From a virus: a stretch of DNA of 33,772 nt. Below are positions 1 to 9,583 of this stretch, one piece after another; the stretch's first letter is position 1; every line of letters begins with the position of its first letter. Under the pieces are notes generated by a model, which saw only the letters and a program-made list of their open reading frames with translations, had not been told where the DNA came from and searched no databases. A program made the translations under genes and the position numbers. The stretch lies in IMG/VR virus record IMGVR_UViG_3300038463_000594; one strand, given 5' to 3'.

Positions 1-127
1 GAATGCTACAGTTCCCACGGTTACTACTTCATTCGCTCATAATTACACAAGCACTGATATCATCCGTATCGTTATTCCTAGTGGCTTTGGTATGTCGCAA
101 ATAAATGGGCTTGTATCGCCGATTGTG
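1..127. repeat. Terminal direct repeat, copy 1 (identical to 33646..33772); circular-closure / assembly-overlap signature
   Basis: Letter-for-letter identity of 1-127 with 33646-33772. Unique unit = 33,645 bp. Confidence 0.97.
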
Positions 128-301
128 GTTACAGGCCCTACTACGTTTACTATCAGTATTAATACACTTAACTTTGATGCTTTTAGCGACCCTAACAATG
201 GCCAATTTGCACAGTCAATTGCTATGGGTGAAAATAGTAGTACGATATATGGCGCTACTATGAATACCGCGCCAAGTTATATAAGATATTTCGTGCCATG
301 A
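1..301 (+). CDS. 3' part of a 123-aa structural-module protein whose gene spans the circular junction (5' part at 33575..33772)
   Basis: Frame 2 is open from base 2 and in phase with ATG 33575 (33575..33645 + 1..301 = 372 nt). Protein MPANNGAVATPLYQPAMRVITNITNATVPTVTTSFAHNY...RYFVP. Carries the ITNIT...H...I.I module shared with three other structural ORFs. Confidence 0.8.
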   Translation, partial: NATVPTVTTSFAHNYTSTDIIRIVIPSGFGMSQINGLVSPIVVTGPTTFTISINTLNFDAFSDPNNGQFAQSIAMGENSSTIYGATMNTAPSYIRYFVP

Positions 302-345
302 TGGCTCCATGATGTTAGGATGGTAGACAAAAGAAAGGGTTTACA

Positions 346-1452
346 ATGCCAGATAGTTCACTTGTAGCGATTCAAACTAAAGTTCGTAGGCTTACCCGGT
401 CTCCTTCCGAGAACCAGTTGGATACTCCTACCCTTAATGATTATATTAACACTGCCGTTATCTATGATTTTCCTTCACAACTGAGACTTTTTAGCTTGCG
501 TTCTACCTTCACGTTCTGGACGATTCCTAACGTAGATCAATATGCTACTAACACTACCGAGCCCAATAACCCACTCTATAACTTTCAGAATCAATATATA
601 ACCACCCATGAACCTGTGTACATTGGTGGCTTTAAATCTTACTTTACACAGTCGCGAGAAGAGTTTTTTGGCATGTGGCCTCTTATCAACTCGCAGCAAC
701 AGATTGCCGTAGGTGATGGCGCTACCACACAATTTAGTAACGTGGTAGGAGCTTTACCCGGTACTTCTCAAAACGTACAAGCCCCTATTATTCAGAATAA
801 CGTTACTTTCAGTGCTATTGCTGCTGATAACTCAGCGCTTACCCTGCATGATGTGCCAATCGTTGATCTTGCAGGAAATCCAACGCAATTAGGTAATCTT
901 TATGTTCCTGGTTATGAACCTGCGGTACCACCAACCGTCCAAAATCCCACTAATTATATTAACTACTTAACTGGTCAATACTTTGTAACGTTCATGAATG
1001 ACCAGAATGCTATTACGCCACCATCGGCAAGCTCGTTAGCCACTTCTCCAAGTCAAAATGCTATTTGGATGCAGGCAATACCTTATATAGCTTCTATTCC
1101 TACTTCTATGCTTTATTACGATAATATGTTCACACTTCGTCCGGTGCCGGATATCTCATACCCGGTTACGATGGAAGTATATACGCAGCCTACACAGATT
1201 CTTGCGGCAGACCAAAGCCCTCAACTTCAACAATGGTGGCAATATATAGCATACCTAACAGCTAAGAAGTTTTTTGAAGACCGTATGGATCTTGATAGTG
1301 TTCAGTTATTAATGCCAGAACTTAAGAATCAAGAGCTCCTGGTGTTGAGAACAACACTTGTACAAGAGGCTAACCAAAGAGCGTCAACCATATACCTACA
1401 GCAAGCTTCTATGTCTGCCGGTCCTATTGGCGGCTGGTATGGAGGATGGTAA
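346..1452 (+). CDS. Virion structural protein, function unknown (adaptor/tail candidate by position only)
   Basis: 368-aa ORF. Its stop abuts the next start (TAAATG). It lies between the capsid genes and the fibre paralogues. I can name no motif. Confidence 0.75.
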   Translation: MPDSSLVAIQTKVRRLTRSPSENQLDTPTLNDYINTAVIYDFPSQLRLFSLRSTFTFWTIPNVDQYATNTTEPNNPLYNFQNQYITTHEPVYIGGFKSYFTQSREEFFGMWPLINSQQQIAVGDGATTQFSNVVGALPGTSQNVQAPIIQNNVTFSAIAADNSALTLHDVPIVDLAGNPTQLGNLYVPGYEPAVPPTVQNPTNYINYLTGQYFVTFMNDQNAITPPSASSLATSPSQNAIWMQAIPYIASIPTSMLYYDNMFTLRPVPDISYPVTMEVYTQPTQILAADQSPQLQQWWQYIAYLTAKKFFEDRMDLDSVQLLMPELKNQELLVLRTTLVQEANQRASTIYLQQASMSAGPIGGWYGGW

Positions 1453-2070
1453 ATGGCATATAATTCCGCAATACCACAATCAACTGATGCGACCAATGTT
1501 TCTCAACCGCAGATATTGGCTAATTTTACTTCAATAAATACGACACTGTTAGGTGTTGATAGTGCGGGAATGCTTTTTAATGATCAAGCGCCTGCATATC
1601 CAGGGTCGGTGGGTAATGATATAGAAATATTCAGTCGCGTAGCTCAGAATCCCGCTCAAATTGGCGAGAATGTTAACGTATTATGCCTTTCTCAAGCTAA
1701 TGAAATTATAGAATTTACCGGTGGCCTTACGACAATGCCCGGATGGACACGATTGCCAAGTGGTAACCTTATTAAATGGTTTACTGCTGCTGTTCCTTTA
1801 GCGGCCATAGGTGTAAGATCCCAAATCTATACCTATAACTGGACCGTTTCGGCCACTATTCCACGCTTTACTGCTGTCCCTAATATATGGCAAGTAACGA
1901 GCGTTACCGGTGCAGCTAACTTCGATGCCGGTGCGGTGTTTATATCCGACAGAAACCTTACGGCCCTTCAGGCATCTATTCAAGTCGATAGTTATAATCA
2001 ATTGTCACCGGGGTTTATTGGGGGCTGGCAAGCGTTTACGGTATTTTTCTTAGCGATCGGACAAGGATAA
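1453..2070 (+). CDS. Short tail-fibre / receptor-binding-type protein, paralogue 1 of 3
   Basis: 205 aa. GGAGGA SD 7 nt upstream. N-terminus MAYNSAIPQSTD, motif PGWTRLPSGNLIKW and C-terminal FLAIGQG resemble the distal knob domain common in phage tail fibres (from memory). Confidence 0.6.
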   Translation: MAYNSAIPQSTDATNVSQPQILANFTSINTTLLGVDSAGMLFNDQAPAYPGSVGNDIEIFSRVAQNPAQIGENVNVLCLSQANEIIEFTGGLTTMPGWTRLPSGNLIKWFTAAVPLAAIGVRSQIYTYNWTVSATIPRFTAVPNIWQVTSVTGAANFDAGAVFISDRNLTALQASIQVDSYNQLSPGFIGGWQAFTVFFLAIGQG

Positions 2071-2084
2071 TATATGGCATATAA
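2057..2084 (+). repeat. Junction repeat, copy 1 (stop-SD-start between paralogues 1 and 2)
   Basis: TCGGACAAGGATAATATATGGCATATAA. 27/28 identical to 2687-2714. Confidence 0.9.
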
Positions 2085-2700
2085 TTATAATATTCCTCAA
2101 TCAACCGATAAATTTAAGAATTCATATGCTCAATTACAGGGAAACTTCCAATCTATTAACACGGCGCTTCTTGGTGTGGATAATGGGGGCATTCTTTGTA
2201 CCAATCAAGCAACTGACCCTGCAACATCAGCCACGCAGATGGCCCTTTATAGTCGTATCGCCCAAAATACGGTACAGCCGGGAGCATTTGCTAATACCCT
2301 TTGTGTGAGAAAGAATACAAGTGGTAATGTATATGAGTTTACGGGAGGGGCTGCAAACAATCCTGGATGGACACGGTTGCCAAGTGGCATGCTTATTAAA
2401 TGGATGCCCGTAACTATCCCCGCAGAACTTGCTGATACATTTGCTACTTTTAATCAAACATGGCCTACCACGACAGGTGGGTATAATATTCCTGCTTTTA
2501 CTTCAGCACCCACCTATTTCAATCTTATGCCGGTAGCTACCACGGTTACTTCTCCAACGTATGCTAATCCCTATCTGGTGTCAGGATCTCCTACTACCAC
2601 AACGTATACCATTAAAGTTAATAGTTATAACTATGGCATTTTGTTTATAGAGGGATGGGAATCCTTTAATATAAACGTTATTGCTTTCGGACAAGGATAA
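2074..2700 (+). CDS. Short tail-fibre / receptor-binding-type protein, paralogue 2 of 3
   Basis: 208 aa. MAYNYNIPQSTD..., PGWTRLPSGMLIKW ... VIAFGQG. Alignable end to end with the neighbouring paralogues, with a divergent centre. Confidence 0.6.
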   Translation: MAYNYNIPQSTDKFKNSYAQLQGNFQSINTALLGVDNGGILCTNQATDPATSATQMALYSRIAQNTVQPGAFANTLCVRKNTSGNVYEFTGGAANNPGWTRLPSGMLIKWMPVTIPAELADTFATFNQTWPTTTGGYNIPAFTSAPTYFNLMPVATTVTSPTYANPYLVSGSPTTTTYTIKVNSYNYGILFIEGWESFNINVIAFGQG

Positions 2701-2714
2701 TCTATGGCATATAA
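2687..2714 (+). repeat. Junction repeat, copy 2 (between paralogues 2 and 3)
   Basis: TCGGACAAGGATAATCTATGGCATATAA. One mismatch to 2057-2084, 630 bp away. Confidence 0.9.
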
Positions 2715-3327
2715 CGCTAATATTCCACGACCCTTTGATTTCAGATCCGTATCTCAGGCTCAGATTCTTGGCAACTTTGAAGGCATAGGAGCTTCACTTT
2801 TAGGAGTAGATGTTGGTGGACTTGCCATGGGAACCCAGAGAGCTCCTGTTTTAACGGGAACTAATCAAATGGCATTCTATGCACGAAATGCTCAGAATCC
2901 TGCCATACCTAATGATCCTTTTCTTAATGTTGCTTGTGTTCAACGACTTTCCAATGGCGCCGTAACAGAATTCTCAATTTCAGGAGATGATGGCGCTAAT
3001 GATGGGTGGTTTAGGTATCCCAATGGCATATTAGTCAAGTATCAACTTATACAGATTCCGGGCAATAACACCACCTCATTAGGAAGATCAGTTACCTATA
3101 ATTGGCTGGTAAATGCAGGATTTCCGATGTATACCTCAGTGCCATTCCTTATTCAAGTTACCCCGGCACAATATGGCAACATGGCAACCAACTATGTAGG
3201 GGCAAGAGTGTTCTTAGATAGTACTAATCCTGCCACTACGACCGGATTTACTCTTTCAATACAAAGTTATCAAGGTGGCGGCTGGGCTGGATTTCAAGCG
3301 TTTGTTCTCGCTTACGGGTTAGGATAA
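2704..3327 (+). CDS. Short tail-fibre / receptor-binding-type protein, paralogue 3 of 3 (most diverged)
   Basis: 207 aa. MAYNANIPRPFD..., DGWFRYPNGILVKY ... VLAYGLG. Confidence 0.55.
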   Translation: MAYNANIPRPFDFRSVSQAQILGNFEGIGASLLGVDVGGLAMGTQRAPVLTGTNQMAFYARNAQNPAIPNDPFLNVACVQRLSNGAVTEFSISGDDGANDGWFRYPNGILVKYQLIQIPGNNTTSLGRSVTYNWLVNAGFPMYTSVPFLIQVTPAQYGNMATNYVGARVFLDSTNPATTTGFTLSIQSYQGGGWAGFQAFVLAYGLG

Positions 3328-3329
3328 TT

Positions 3330-5591
3330 ATGGCACAAGATAGATTTCTTATAGGGCCCCAATCAGGGGGTATGCAGACGAGTGTTAAGCCGTGGGCTAT
3401 CATGGATCAATCGTTTGAGCGCTTGCGTAATATGTATGCATGGCGTGGCTCATTACGTAAAAGATTCGGCACCCGTGTCATGAATGAAGGAGTATCATCT
3501 CTTCAGCAAGAACTTCTCACTCGGTTCAGAATTGAGGTGGGCACAACGGCCAATGTAACAGGAAACTTAACATCAACTGATATGCCAGGTGCCATATTTG
3601 CGGTAGGTCAGATGTTTTCAATAGGAAATACGATACTTACGGTATACCAAACAGGAACTCCTGCTGCTACTCTAACCACCGGTCTTGCTACGGCAACCTA
3701 TAATACTACTTCAGGAGCGCTTGTAGTTACGGGCCATGGTGAGAATCCTGCTACTACCGTATGGTTCTATCCCTCAACACCCGTTATGTGCTTAGCAACG
3801 TATGAAGATATTGCCCTCAATCAAGAGACTCTTATAGGATTCGATCAGCAATTCGCGTATCTATTTACCTACGCAACGGGATGGAATCAGATTGATATCG
3901 GCAATGACGATGCGGTATGGACCGGAACGGATAGTCAGTTTTTCTGGACGGTTAATTATCGCGGCGTAGGCGCTCAAGATTATTTACTTTTCGTTACCAA
4001 TAATAATATCGACGACGCAATGCGTTACTATGATGGTACCAATTTCCATGTCTTTGGTAGTGCTGACACAACCGCCATCAATGCCGCGGGAGACTATGTG
4101 GTAACATGTTTAGTAATGGCTGCATTCAAAGGTAGACTAGTTCTCTTTAATACCACTGAAAATGTATCATCTGCTAACCAAACCTATACCAATAGGGCAC
4201 GATGGTCATCGGTGGGAGATCCTACTACTAACCCTGCGTGGCGCCAGGAGGCGGGTTATCAGGGTGGATTTGTAGACCTTCCTATCAAACAAGCTATTGT
4301 GACGTGCGAGTTCGTTAAAGACCGGCTTATTGTCTATGCAGAGGCTTCGGCATGGGAACTGGTATTTGTGGGCAACATTCAATTCCCTTTCGTTTGGCAA
4401 CAGATCAATACTGAATTAGGCGCTGAATCAACAAACTCTATTATACCTTTTGATAAAGCAGCTATTGGCATAGGCAATGTTGGTATCCATGAATGTAATG
4501 GTATCAACGTTGACCGTATTGACGAGATTATTCCATACACAGTTTTTGATATATCTAATGGCAATCAAGGCCCTCAACGGGTCACGGGTATTCGTGACTA
4601 TTATCCCGAGCTCGTATACTGGTCTTATAATTCAACTGAAGCTTCTTCTACATACAATAACGTTTACCCCAATAGAGTGCTGGTATACGATTATATCAAT
4701 GAGACATGGGCATATAATGACGATTCTATCACGGCCTTTGGTAACTACCAATATGAGACAGATTCGACGTGGGGCGGTACTTCAGCTACATGGCAGCAAT
4801 CACCGATCTCATGGGTTGATGGGTCAACGGTTAACCAATTCAAGTCAGTTATATGTGGCAACCAGCAAGGTTGGACCTTTATAGCAGATATTAGTAGGCC
4901 ATCTAATGCCATGAGTTTAGAAATAACTAACTTAACACTTGCGGGCAACGTCGCCACGCTTATCGTAATCAATCATAATTTGCCCTTAAACAGCTGGATT
5001 AATATTCAGAATGTGCAAGGCACGGATACTATGTCTACTTACTTTGTAGGCGCTAATTTCCTTGCATCAGCTATTGACGCTAACACCTTAACAATTCAAA
5101 TTGATGCCGTGCTTTTGACTGGTGTATATGCCGGGGGTGGGGTGATATCTAAAGTAAGTGAAATAGGTATATGGAGTAAGCAATACAACTTCTACAATCA
5201 GGCGGGTGTTAACATAGCAACGCAGAAAGTAGATTTCTTAGTAGATGCCAACGAAACACCACCCGTGACGGTTCCTATCACGCCGGGTGCTCAGATTTTG
5301 GTAGATTTCTATGTGTCATCATCCGACCAAGCACAAGTTGGGCAGGCAATTGCTACCGGAACGCTTGTAGGAACGAGCATATTGGAGACAACTCCGTATG
5401 CATTATATCCTATCGAGTCTACCCAAGATAGGTTCTGGCATTCAATATATTTCAATGCTCAAGGTGAGAATATACAGATGTTTATCTATTATGATCCGGT
5501 TGCCCATTTACCTTATCCAAGCGTTACGAATGCGGATTTTCAGATAAACGCATTTATATTTTATGGACAAAAGACCGGAGACTTCATCTAA
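3330..5591 (+). CDS. Large tail protein, nozzle / tail-tubular-B-like (tentative)
   Basis: 753 aa, the largest ORF. The N-terminus FLIGPQSGGMQTSVKPW...LRNMYAWRGSLRKRFG and the repetitive beta-rich body recall podovirus nozzle proteins (T7 gp12 class). That is pattern memory only. aa ~529-600 carry the shared ITNLT module. Confidence 0.45.
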   Translation: MAQDRFLIGPQSGGMQTSVKPWAIMDQSFERLRNMYAWRGSLRKRFGTRVMNEGVSSLQQELLTRFRIEVGTTANVTGNLTSTDMPGAIFAVGQMFSIGNTILTVYQTGTPAATLTTGLATATYNTTSGALVVTGHGENPATTVWFYPSTPVMCLATYEDIALNQETLIGFDQQFAYLFTYATGWNQIDIGNDDAVWTGTDSQFFWTVNYRGVGAQDYLLFVTNNNIDDAMRYYDGTNFHVFGSADTTAINAAGDYVVTCLVMAAFKGRLVLFNTTENVSSANQTYTNRARWSSVGDPTTNPAWRQEAGYQGGFVDLPIKQAIVTCEFVKDRLIVYAEASAWELVFVGNIQFPFVWQQINTELGAESTNSIIPFDKAAIGIGNVGIHECNGINVDRIDEIIPYTVFDISNGNQGPQRVTGIRDYYPELVYWSYNSTEASSTYNNVYPNRVLVYDYINETWAYNDDSITAFGNYQYETDSTWGGTSATWQQSPISWVDGSTVNQFKSVICGNQQGWTFIADISRPSNAMSLEITNLTLAGNVATLIVINHNLPLNSWINIQNVQGTDTMSTYFVGANFLASAIDANTLTIQIDAVLLTGVYAGGGVISKVSEIGIWSKQYNFYNQAGVNIATQKVDFLVDANETPPVTVPITPGAQILVDFYVSSSDQAQVGQAIATGTLVGTSILETTPYALYPIESTQDRFWHSIYFNAQGENIQMFIYYDPVAHLPYPSVTNADFQINAFIFYGQKTGDFI

Positions 5592-6130
5592 TTGGCAATA
5601 TATTCAAGAACAACGTAACAAATAGTGAAGTTTGTTCCATTGCCCGTAGTCGTTACATATACAAATGTTTCATCGGCATAAAGTTCTATGTTGCCAGCTA
5701 TGATTGTTCCCGATACGCTCACAAAAGGAAGGGGGATGTACGTTCCTGTCTGATCAGTTGCGGCTCCATATATTCTGGTAAAGCTGTATGTACTTGTTAT
5801 AGGAATCCCATGGGCTACGGATAATGTATCATCATCAAGCAGCGCTCCCATGTTAACGACGGTTCTAAGCACTTGTCTAAAGGGGGCTGGAGTATCGGCG
5901 CTTCCTGTTAAGGCGGGATTGGGGAACCAAGATTGGCCATTATAGAGTTGGTTCGTTGTATATATGCCGGTATCTTTATAGTTTATGTTGATCGACATGT
6001 TATTGAGTTGTTGATATAAGCGAATAATAAGCTCTTTAAATTCAGGACTATCAAGCGCTTTCCCTTTTAGATTAGATACATCGACAGTGACGGTAGTAGG
6101 AAGAAATAAAGCGTTAGTGAAAATTGCCAT
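5588..6130 (-). CDS. Structural-module protein on the opposite strand, function unknown (fibre/assembly candidate)
   Basis: 180 aa. GAAGGAA SD 6 nt upstream of the ATG. Its TAG overlaps the TAA of the convergent 753-aa gene (plus-strand text CTAA at 5588-5591). Confidence 0.75.
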   Translation of the reverse strand: MAIFTNALFLPTTVTVDVSNLKGKALDSPEFKELIIRLYQQLNNMSININYKDTGIYTTNQLYNGQSWFPNPALTGSADTPAPFRQVLRTVVNMGALLDDDTLSVAHGIPITSTYSFTRIYGAATDQTGTYIPLPFVSVSGTIIAGNIELYADETFVYVTTTGNGTNFTICYVVLEYIAN

Positions 6131-6196
6131 AAAAATTCCTTCGTATTTGATAACACATGCGTTATAGTTTGAATGATTCTAACATAAAGGAGTGTC

Positions 6197-6961
6197 ATGG
6201 CACGAAGAAAAAACAGACAAGCCGCCCCCGTTGAAGCACCTCGTGCGGTAAACCGTAATATGTCTCCCCTCGATAGGGAGCTTGCCCGCATAGAAGAGCA
6301 AAAACTGAAAAGCATCGCCGAAAGAAAAGCAGAAGAAAAGGCAAAGGGGTTTCTGGAAAAAACTGGAGAGTTTTTTACGGGAAAAGTTGAGCGCCCCGAG
6401 TGGCATTCAAATGTTGGCCCTGAAGAACAAGCCTCAAAAAACTTAATTTTTAGATACTTAACACCAGAACTGATAGAGCAATACCAAAGAGATATCAATC
6501 AAAGCAGACTTCCTCTTGGAGAACAGGTTCTTGGCGCTCAGGGAAACCAGATGCTTGGATCTCTCTTGCCTGCTTTATTGCAGCAGCATCTTAAAGGTCC
6601 TTCAGAATTCCCTGAATATGGCGGCAATGAATTCAATGATCTCCTCCCGGCTATATTAGGATCACTTCTCGTCCCTCATGCGCAAAAATATTTTGGGGGA
6701 AATCCTAAATCGCTGCAAGAATATAATCCTGATACCCCACAATATATGCCTCCCCAGGAAGAAGAATATAAGCCAGATTATAGACCAATGCTGCCTAAAT
6801 CACATAAAGATCCTCAGCTTAATATGGCTCTTCAAGGGCTGCATGCACAAGATTATCCCATAGGCGATCAGCAATATAATATTCTTAAAGAGCGCATAAA
6901 TACGCAAAACAGAAGACAAAATGGTAAACGATTTAGGCTTATCAATGGCCGATGGCAATAA
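6197..6961 (+). CDS. Internal virion / ejection-protein candidate 1
   Basis: 254 aa. AAAGGAG SD. Basic termini, Q/P/E-rich. First of three consecutive ORFs, a layout comparable to podovirus ejection-protein sets. Confidence 0.5.
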   Translation: MARRKNRQAAPVEAPRAVNRNMSPLDRELARIEEQKLKSIAERKAEEKAKGFLEKTGEFFTGKVERPEWHSNVGPEEQASKNLIFRYLTPELIEQYQRDINQSRLPLGEQVLGAQGNQMLGSLLPALLQQHLKGPSEFPEYGGNEFNDLLPAILGSLLVPHAQKYFGGNPKSLQEYNPDTPQYMPPQEEEYKPDYRPMLPKSHKDPQLNMALQGLHAQDYPIGDQQYNILKERINTQNRRQNGKRFRLINGRWQ

Positions 6962-6984
6962 AATTATAAAATAAAGGATATATC

Positions 6985-7698
6985 ATGCCCTTACCAGCCG
7001 CCTTATTAGCATTTCTCGCATCTCCGGCAGGACAAGCAGCCTTAGCAACCGGTATTCCTCTTGCGGCTCAAGGATTGCAATCAGCCGGTGGCTCTATACG
7101 CCGAGGAATATTTGGTCGTAATGAAGGTGAACAGCGCCAATATCGTATGGGACAGCTTCAAGATCGACTCTTAGATCAAGCAGAGGAGCCCTATGACTTT
7201 GAGCATGACTTTGCTCCTATCGAAGCACGCGCACGGACCCAATTTAGAGAAGAAACGTTGCCAGAAATAGGTAACTATTATGCAGGGCTCGGCAATATGC
7301 AATCATCTGCTTATCAGAACGCCTTGTCTGGCGCGGGTGCAAGCCTTGAAGAAAGACTCGCCGCTCTCCGTGGACAAGGAAGATTGCAAGCACGAGGATT
7401 AGAACAGGGTCGCCAGAATGCTTTATTCAACTATCTGTCAGGACAGCAAGGATTAGCGCAACAGCAACACCAATTTAGGCAAAATAGAGGCCTTCAGCAG
7501 TCCCAACAGGGTGCTAATGCGTTTCAAGGGATTGCTAATCAGCAGAATCTGCGTAATCCCCTTGAAGGATTGCAACGAGGCTATGGCGGCGCAACCGGAC
7601 AGCCATGGAATGTGACACAACAAAGAACCCAAGGGATATTGCCTGACTTGATTAGAGCCGCCGGACAAGCAGCTGGCGCTGGTTTAGCAGCTATTTAA
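6985..7698 (+). CDS. Internal virion / ejection-protein candidate 2 (hydrophobic termini, Q/G-rich)
   Basis: 237 aa. AAAGGA SD. N-terminus MPLPAALLAFLASPAGQAALATGIPLAA and C-terminus AAGQAAGAGLAAI are hydrophobic. The centre is Gln/Gly/Arg-rich. Confidence 0.5.
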   Translation: MPLPAALLAFLASPAGQAALATGIPLAAQGLQSAGGSIRRGIFGRNEGEQRQYRMGQLQDRLLDQAEEPYDFEHDFAPIEARARTQFREETLPEIGNYYAGLGNMQSSAYQNALSGAGASLEERLAALRGQGRLQARGLEQGRQNALFNYLSGQQGLAQQQHQFRQNRGLQQSQQGANAFQGIANQQNLRNPLEGLQRGYGGATGQPWNVTQQRTQGILPDLIRAAGQAAGAGLAAI

Positions 7699-7710
7699 AG
7701 GAGATGAGAA

Positions 7711-9498
7711 ATGCCTATACAAATTATTGATAAACCAAATTGGGGTAATAGCCTCAGCGCATTGCTTTCAGGAGGCCTTGAAGGATTTGCGGGTGCTCGT
7801 AAAGAGCGAAAGCAACAAGGCGCCTATGAGCAAGCCGGATTGCCACGTAGTTACGTAAATCTACCTCCTGAAGTAGTGAAAGAACTTATAAAGCAACGTG
7901 GCGCTCAATCTGCTCAAGGAATCGTGCAAAAATCACAAGGCCCTGAAGGTCAAGAGATTGAACACGTCATATCACCCGCAGATCAGAAAGATATAAATAA
8001 ACGATACTCGCCTTATATTACGGAACTGCGTAAAAAACAATACGTATTCTCTGAGATAGATAAGATCACCAAAGAATCAATGGAACTGCTCAATTCTGGT
8101 GAAGTCAATACCGGAACCTGGTTTAGCGGCCTTCGCCCTGATAGATCACAGAATGAAAAAACACGTAAATATATGAGTAATATTGAGAAGCTTGTAGCGC
8201 TTCAAGGCCAAGCAATGGGCGGTCGTATAAGTGACGCTGCTCGCGAACAAATAAAAGCCTCGAAGCCATCTATTGATCAGCCTATAGGGACTCAACTGGC
8301 AATTTTGAATGATATTCGAGAGCCGGCAGTGCGTGGATTAGTAGAATATAACACTGCTTTAGATCGTATAAAACAAAACGGCAATCGCATTCCTGATAAT
8401 CTTGATATAGAAGTCCGAGACTATATCAACAATCTTTCTGCGCCACAACAATCAGAAGTTGGTGCTGTTTATGAAGATGATAATGGTCAAAAGGTAAATG
8501 GGTTGCAGTATAGTCCCGAAAAAGCCCCTCAGCAAGAAGTCGCCGCCAGTCCTGAAGAATCTCTCCCCGCTCAAATTGGCCGTAACCTCGTTTCAGGTGC
8601 GGCCAATGCAGTCGCGGGCTTTGGTGCTGTTCCAGGAAATATCGCTGGATTGGTCAAAAATATCAGGGAAGGTTCTGCCCAAAGAGCAGCTCAACGTATT
8701 CCCGAGCACTTAAGGGAGCAATATCTGCAAGGACAACAATCATTGCCGGGAAATAAAGTAATTAATACAACACAGCAGATTCTGCCTTCAGCCGAAGGTA
8801 TTAAGAATGTGGCATCAAATGTATTGCCAAAGGATTATCTTAAGCCTCAAGGGGAGTCTGAACAGCTTTTGCAAGACATCGCACAAGATATTGGGGCGTC
8901 CATGTTTCCCTTTTTAGGAACGGGAGCTAGGCTTGCCAAGACCGGTATCAAAGGAGCCGCAAAAGCAATCGCTCCGGCCATAACAGGAAATGTAGCCAAG
9001 TACTTTGCCAAGTCAGCAGGCGCTTCTGAAAAAGAACAGGAGGGTGTTAAGATTGGCACCATGCTGCTCACTTCATTTAGACTTGAACCTCAAATAAATG
9101 AGCGCGCTGATAAATTATCACCGGTTGATCGATGGAATGTTTGGTCTAATATGGAGAAGTCTGAGCGCGCCGTATCAAACATACAGAAAGCAGTTAAAGA
9201 TAAGTTATCTAACAAAACACTTAATGCTCTTGCTTACTATAATATACTCACCAACCCTACTACGGCGATTCCTAAAATTGCTGCTGCCGAGACCGCAAAG
9301 CGAGTAGCGCCCTTCGCTGTAGGTAAAGGCGTTCAACTCGCGTATGCCGTCAAACATCTATTCACCGTACCGGCTATACGTAATGAGTATGCAAAAATGG
9401 TAGCGGCAGGCGTGAGAAATAATGTGCCCGCGATTATAAAATCTGCCAATATGCTGGCGAAAGTAACTGAAAAAGTAGTATCTAGAGAAAATCCTTAA
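7711..9498 (+). CDS. Internal virion / ejection-protein candidate 3 (large, helical, Gly/Ala-zipper segments)
   Basis: 595 aa. AAAGGAG SD. Segments such as GAANAVAGFGAVPGNIAGLV and GTGARLAKTGIKGAAKAIAPAITG. Size and position resemble P22 gp16-class proteins. A tape-measure role cannot be excluded. Confidence 0.45.
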   Translation: MPIQIIDKPNWGNSLSALLSGGLEGFAGARKERKQQGAYEQAGLPRSYVNLPPEVVKELIKQRGAQSAQGIVQKSQGPEGQEIEHVISPADQKDINKRYSPYITELRKKQYVFSEIDKITKESMELLNSGEVNTGTWFSGLRPDRSQNEKTRKYMSNIEKLVALQGQAMGGRISDAAREQIKASKPSIDQPIGTQLAILNDIREPAVRGLVEYNTALDRIKQNGNRIPDNLDIEVRDYINNLSAPQQSEVGAVYEDDNGQKVNGLQYSPEKAPQQEVAASPEESLPAQIGRNLVSGAANAVAGFGAVPGNIAGLVKNIREGSAQRAAQRIPEHLREQYLQGQQSLPGNKVINTTQQILPSAEGIKNVASNVLPKDYLKPQGESEQLLQDIAQDIGASMFPFLGTGARLAKTGIKGAAKAIAPAITGNVAKYFAKSAGASEKEQEGVKIGTMLLTSFRLEPQINERADKLSPVDRWNVWSNMEKSERAVSNIQKAVKDKLSNKTLNALAYYNILTNPTTAIPKIAAAETAKRVAPFAVGKGVQLAYAVKHLFTVPAIRNEYAKMVAAGVRNNVPAIIKSANMLAKVTEKVVSRENP

Positions 9499-9583
9499 CG
9501 GAAAGGTAAGCTATTGTATAGTCCTAACCAGAAAACAGGGACTAAAGATACTCCCCTAAAGCGAGGGCGACTTCTTTACAGTC

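Noticed and set aside
1-127. The 127-bp terminal repeat as a biological direct terminal repeat
   Set aside because: The length and perfect identity fit an assembler k-mer overlap on a circular or permuted template. A gene reads through the junction. Sequence alone cannot distinguish the two, so I treat it as circular closure.
1453-3327. Diversity-generating retroelement acting on the fibre paralogues
   Set aside because: No reverse transcriptase and no template/variable repeat pair with adenine-specific differences. The paralogues differ throughout at the protein level.
5580-6135. Invertible (Gin/Cin-type) segment around the reverse-strand structural gene
   Set aside because: Only an ~8-nt inverted match (ATTGGCAA / ATTGCCA.) at the borders, which the start and stop codon contexts explain. 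No invertase gene in the genome.
6067-6498. 143-aa and 75-aa minus-strand ORFs
   Set aside because: Antisense to the SD-preceded gene 6197..6961, and they overlap the start of 5588..6130. No SD.
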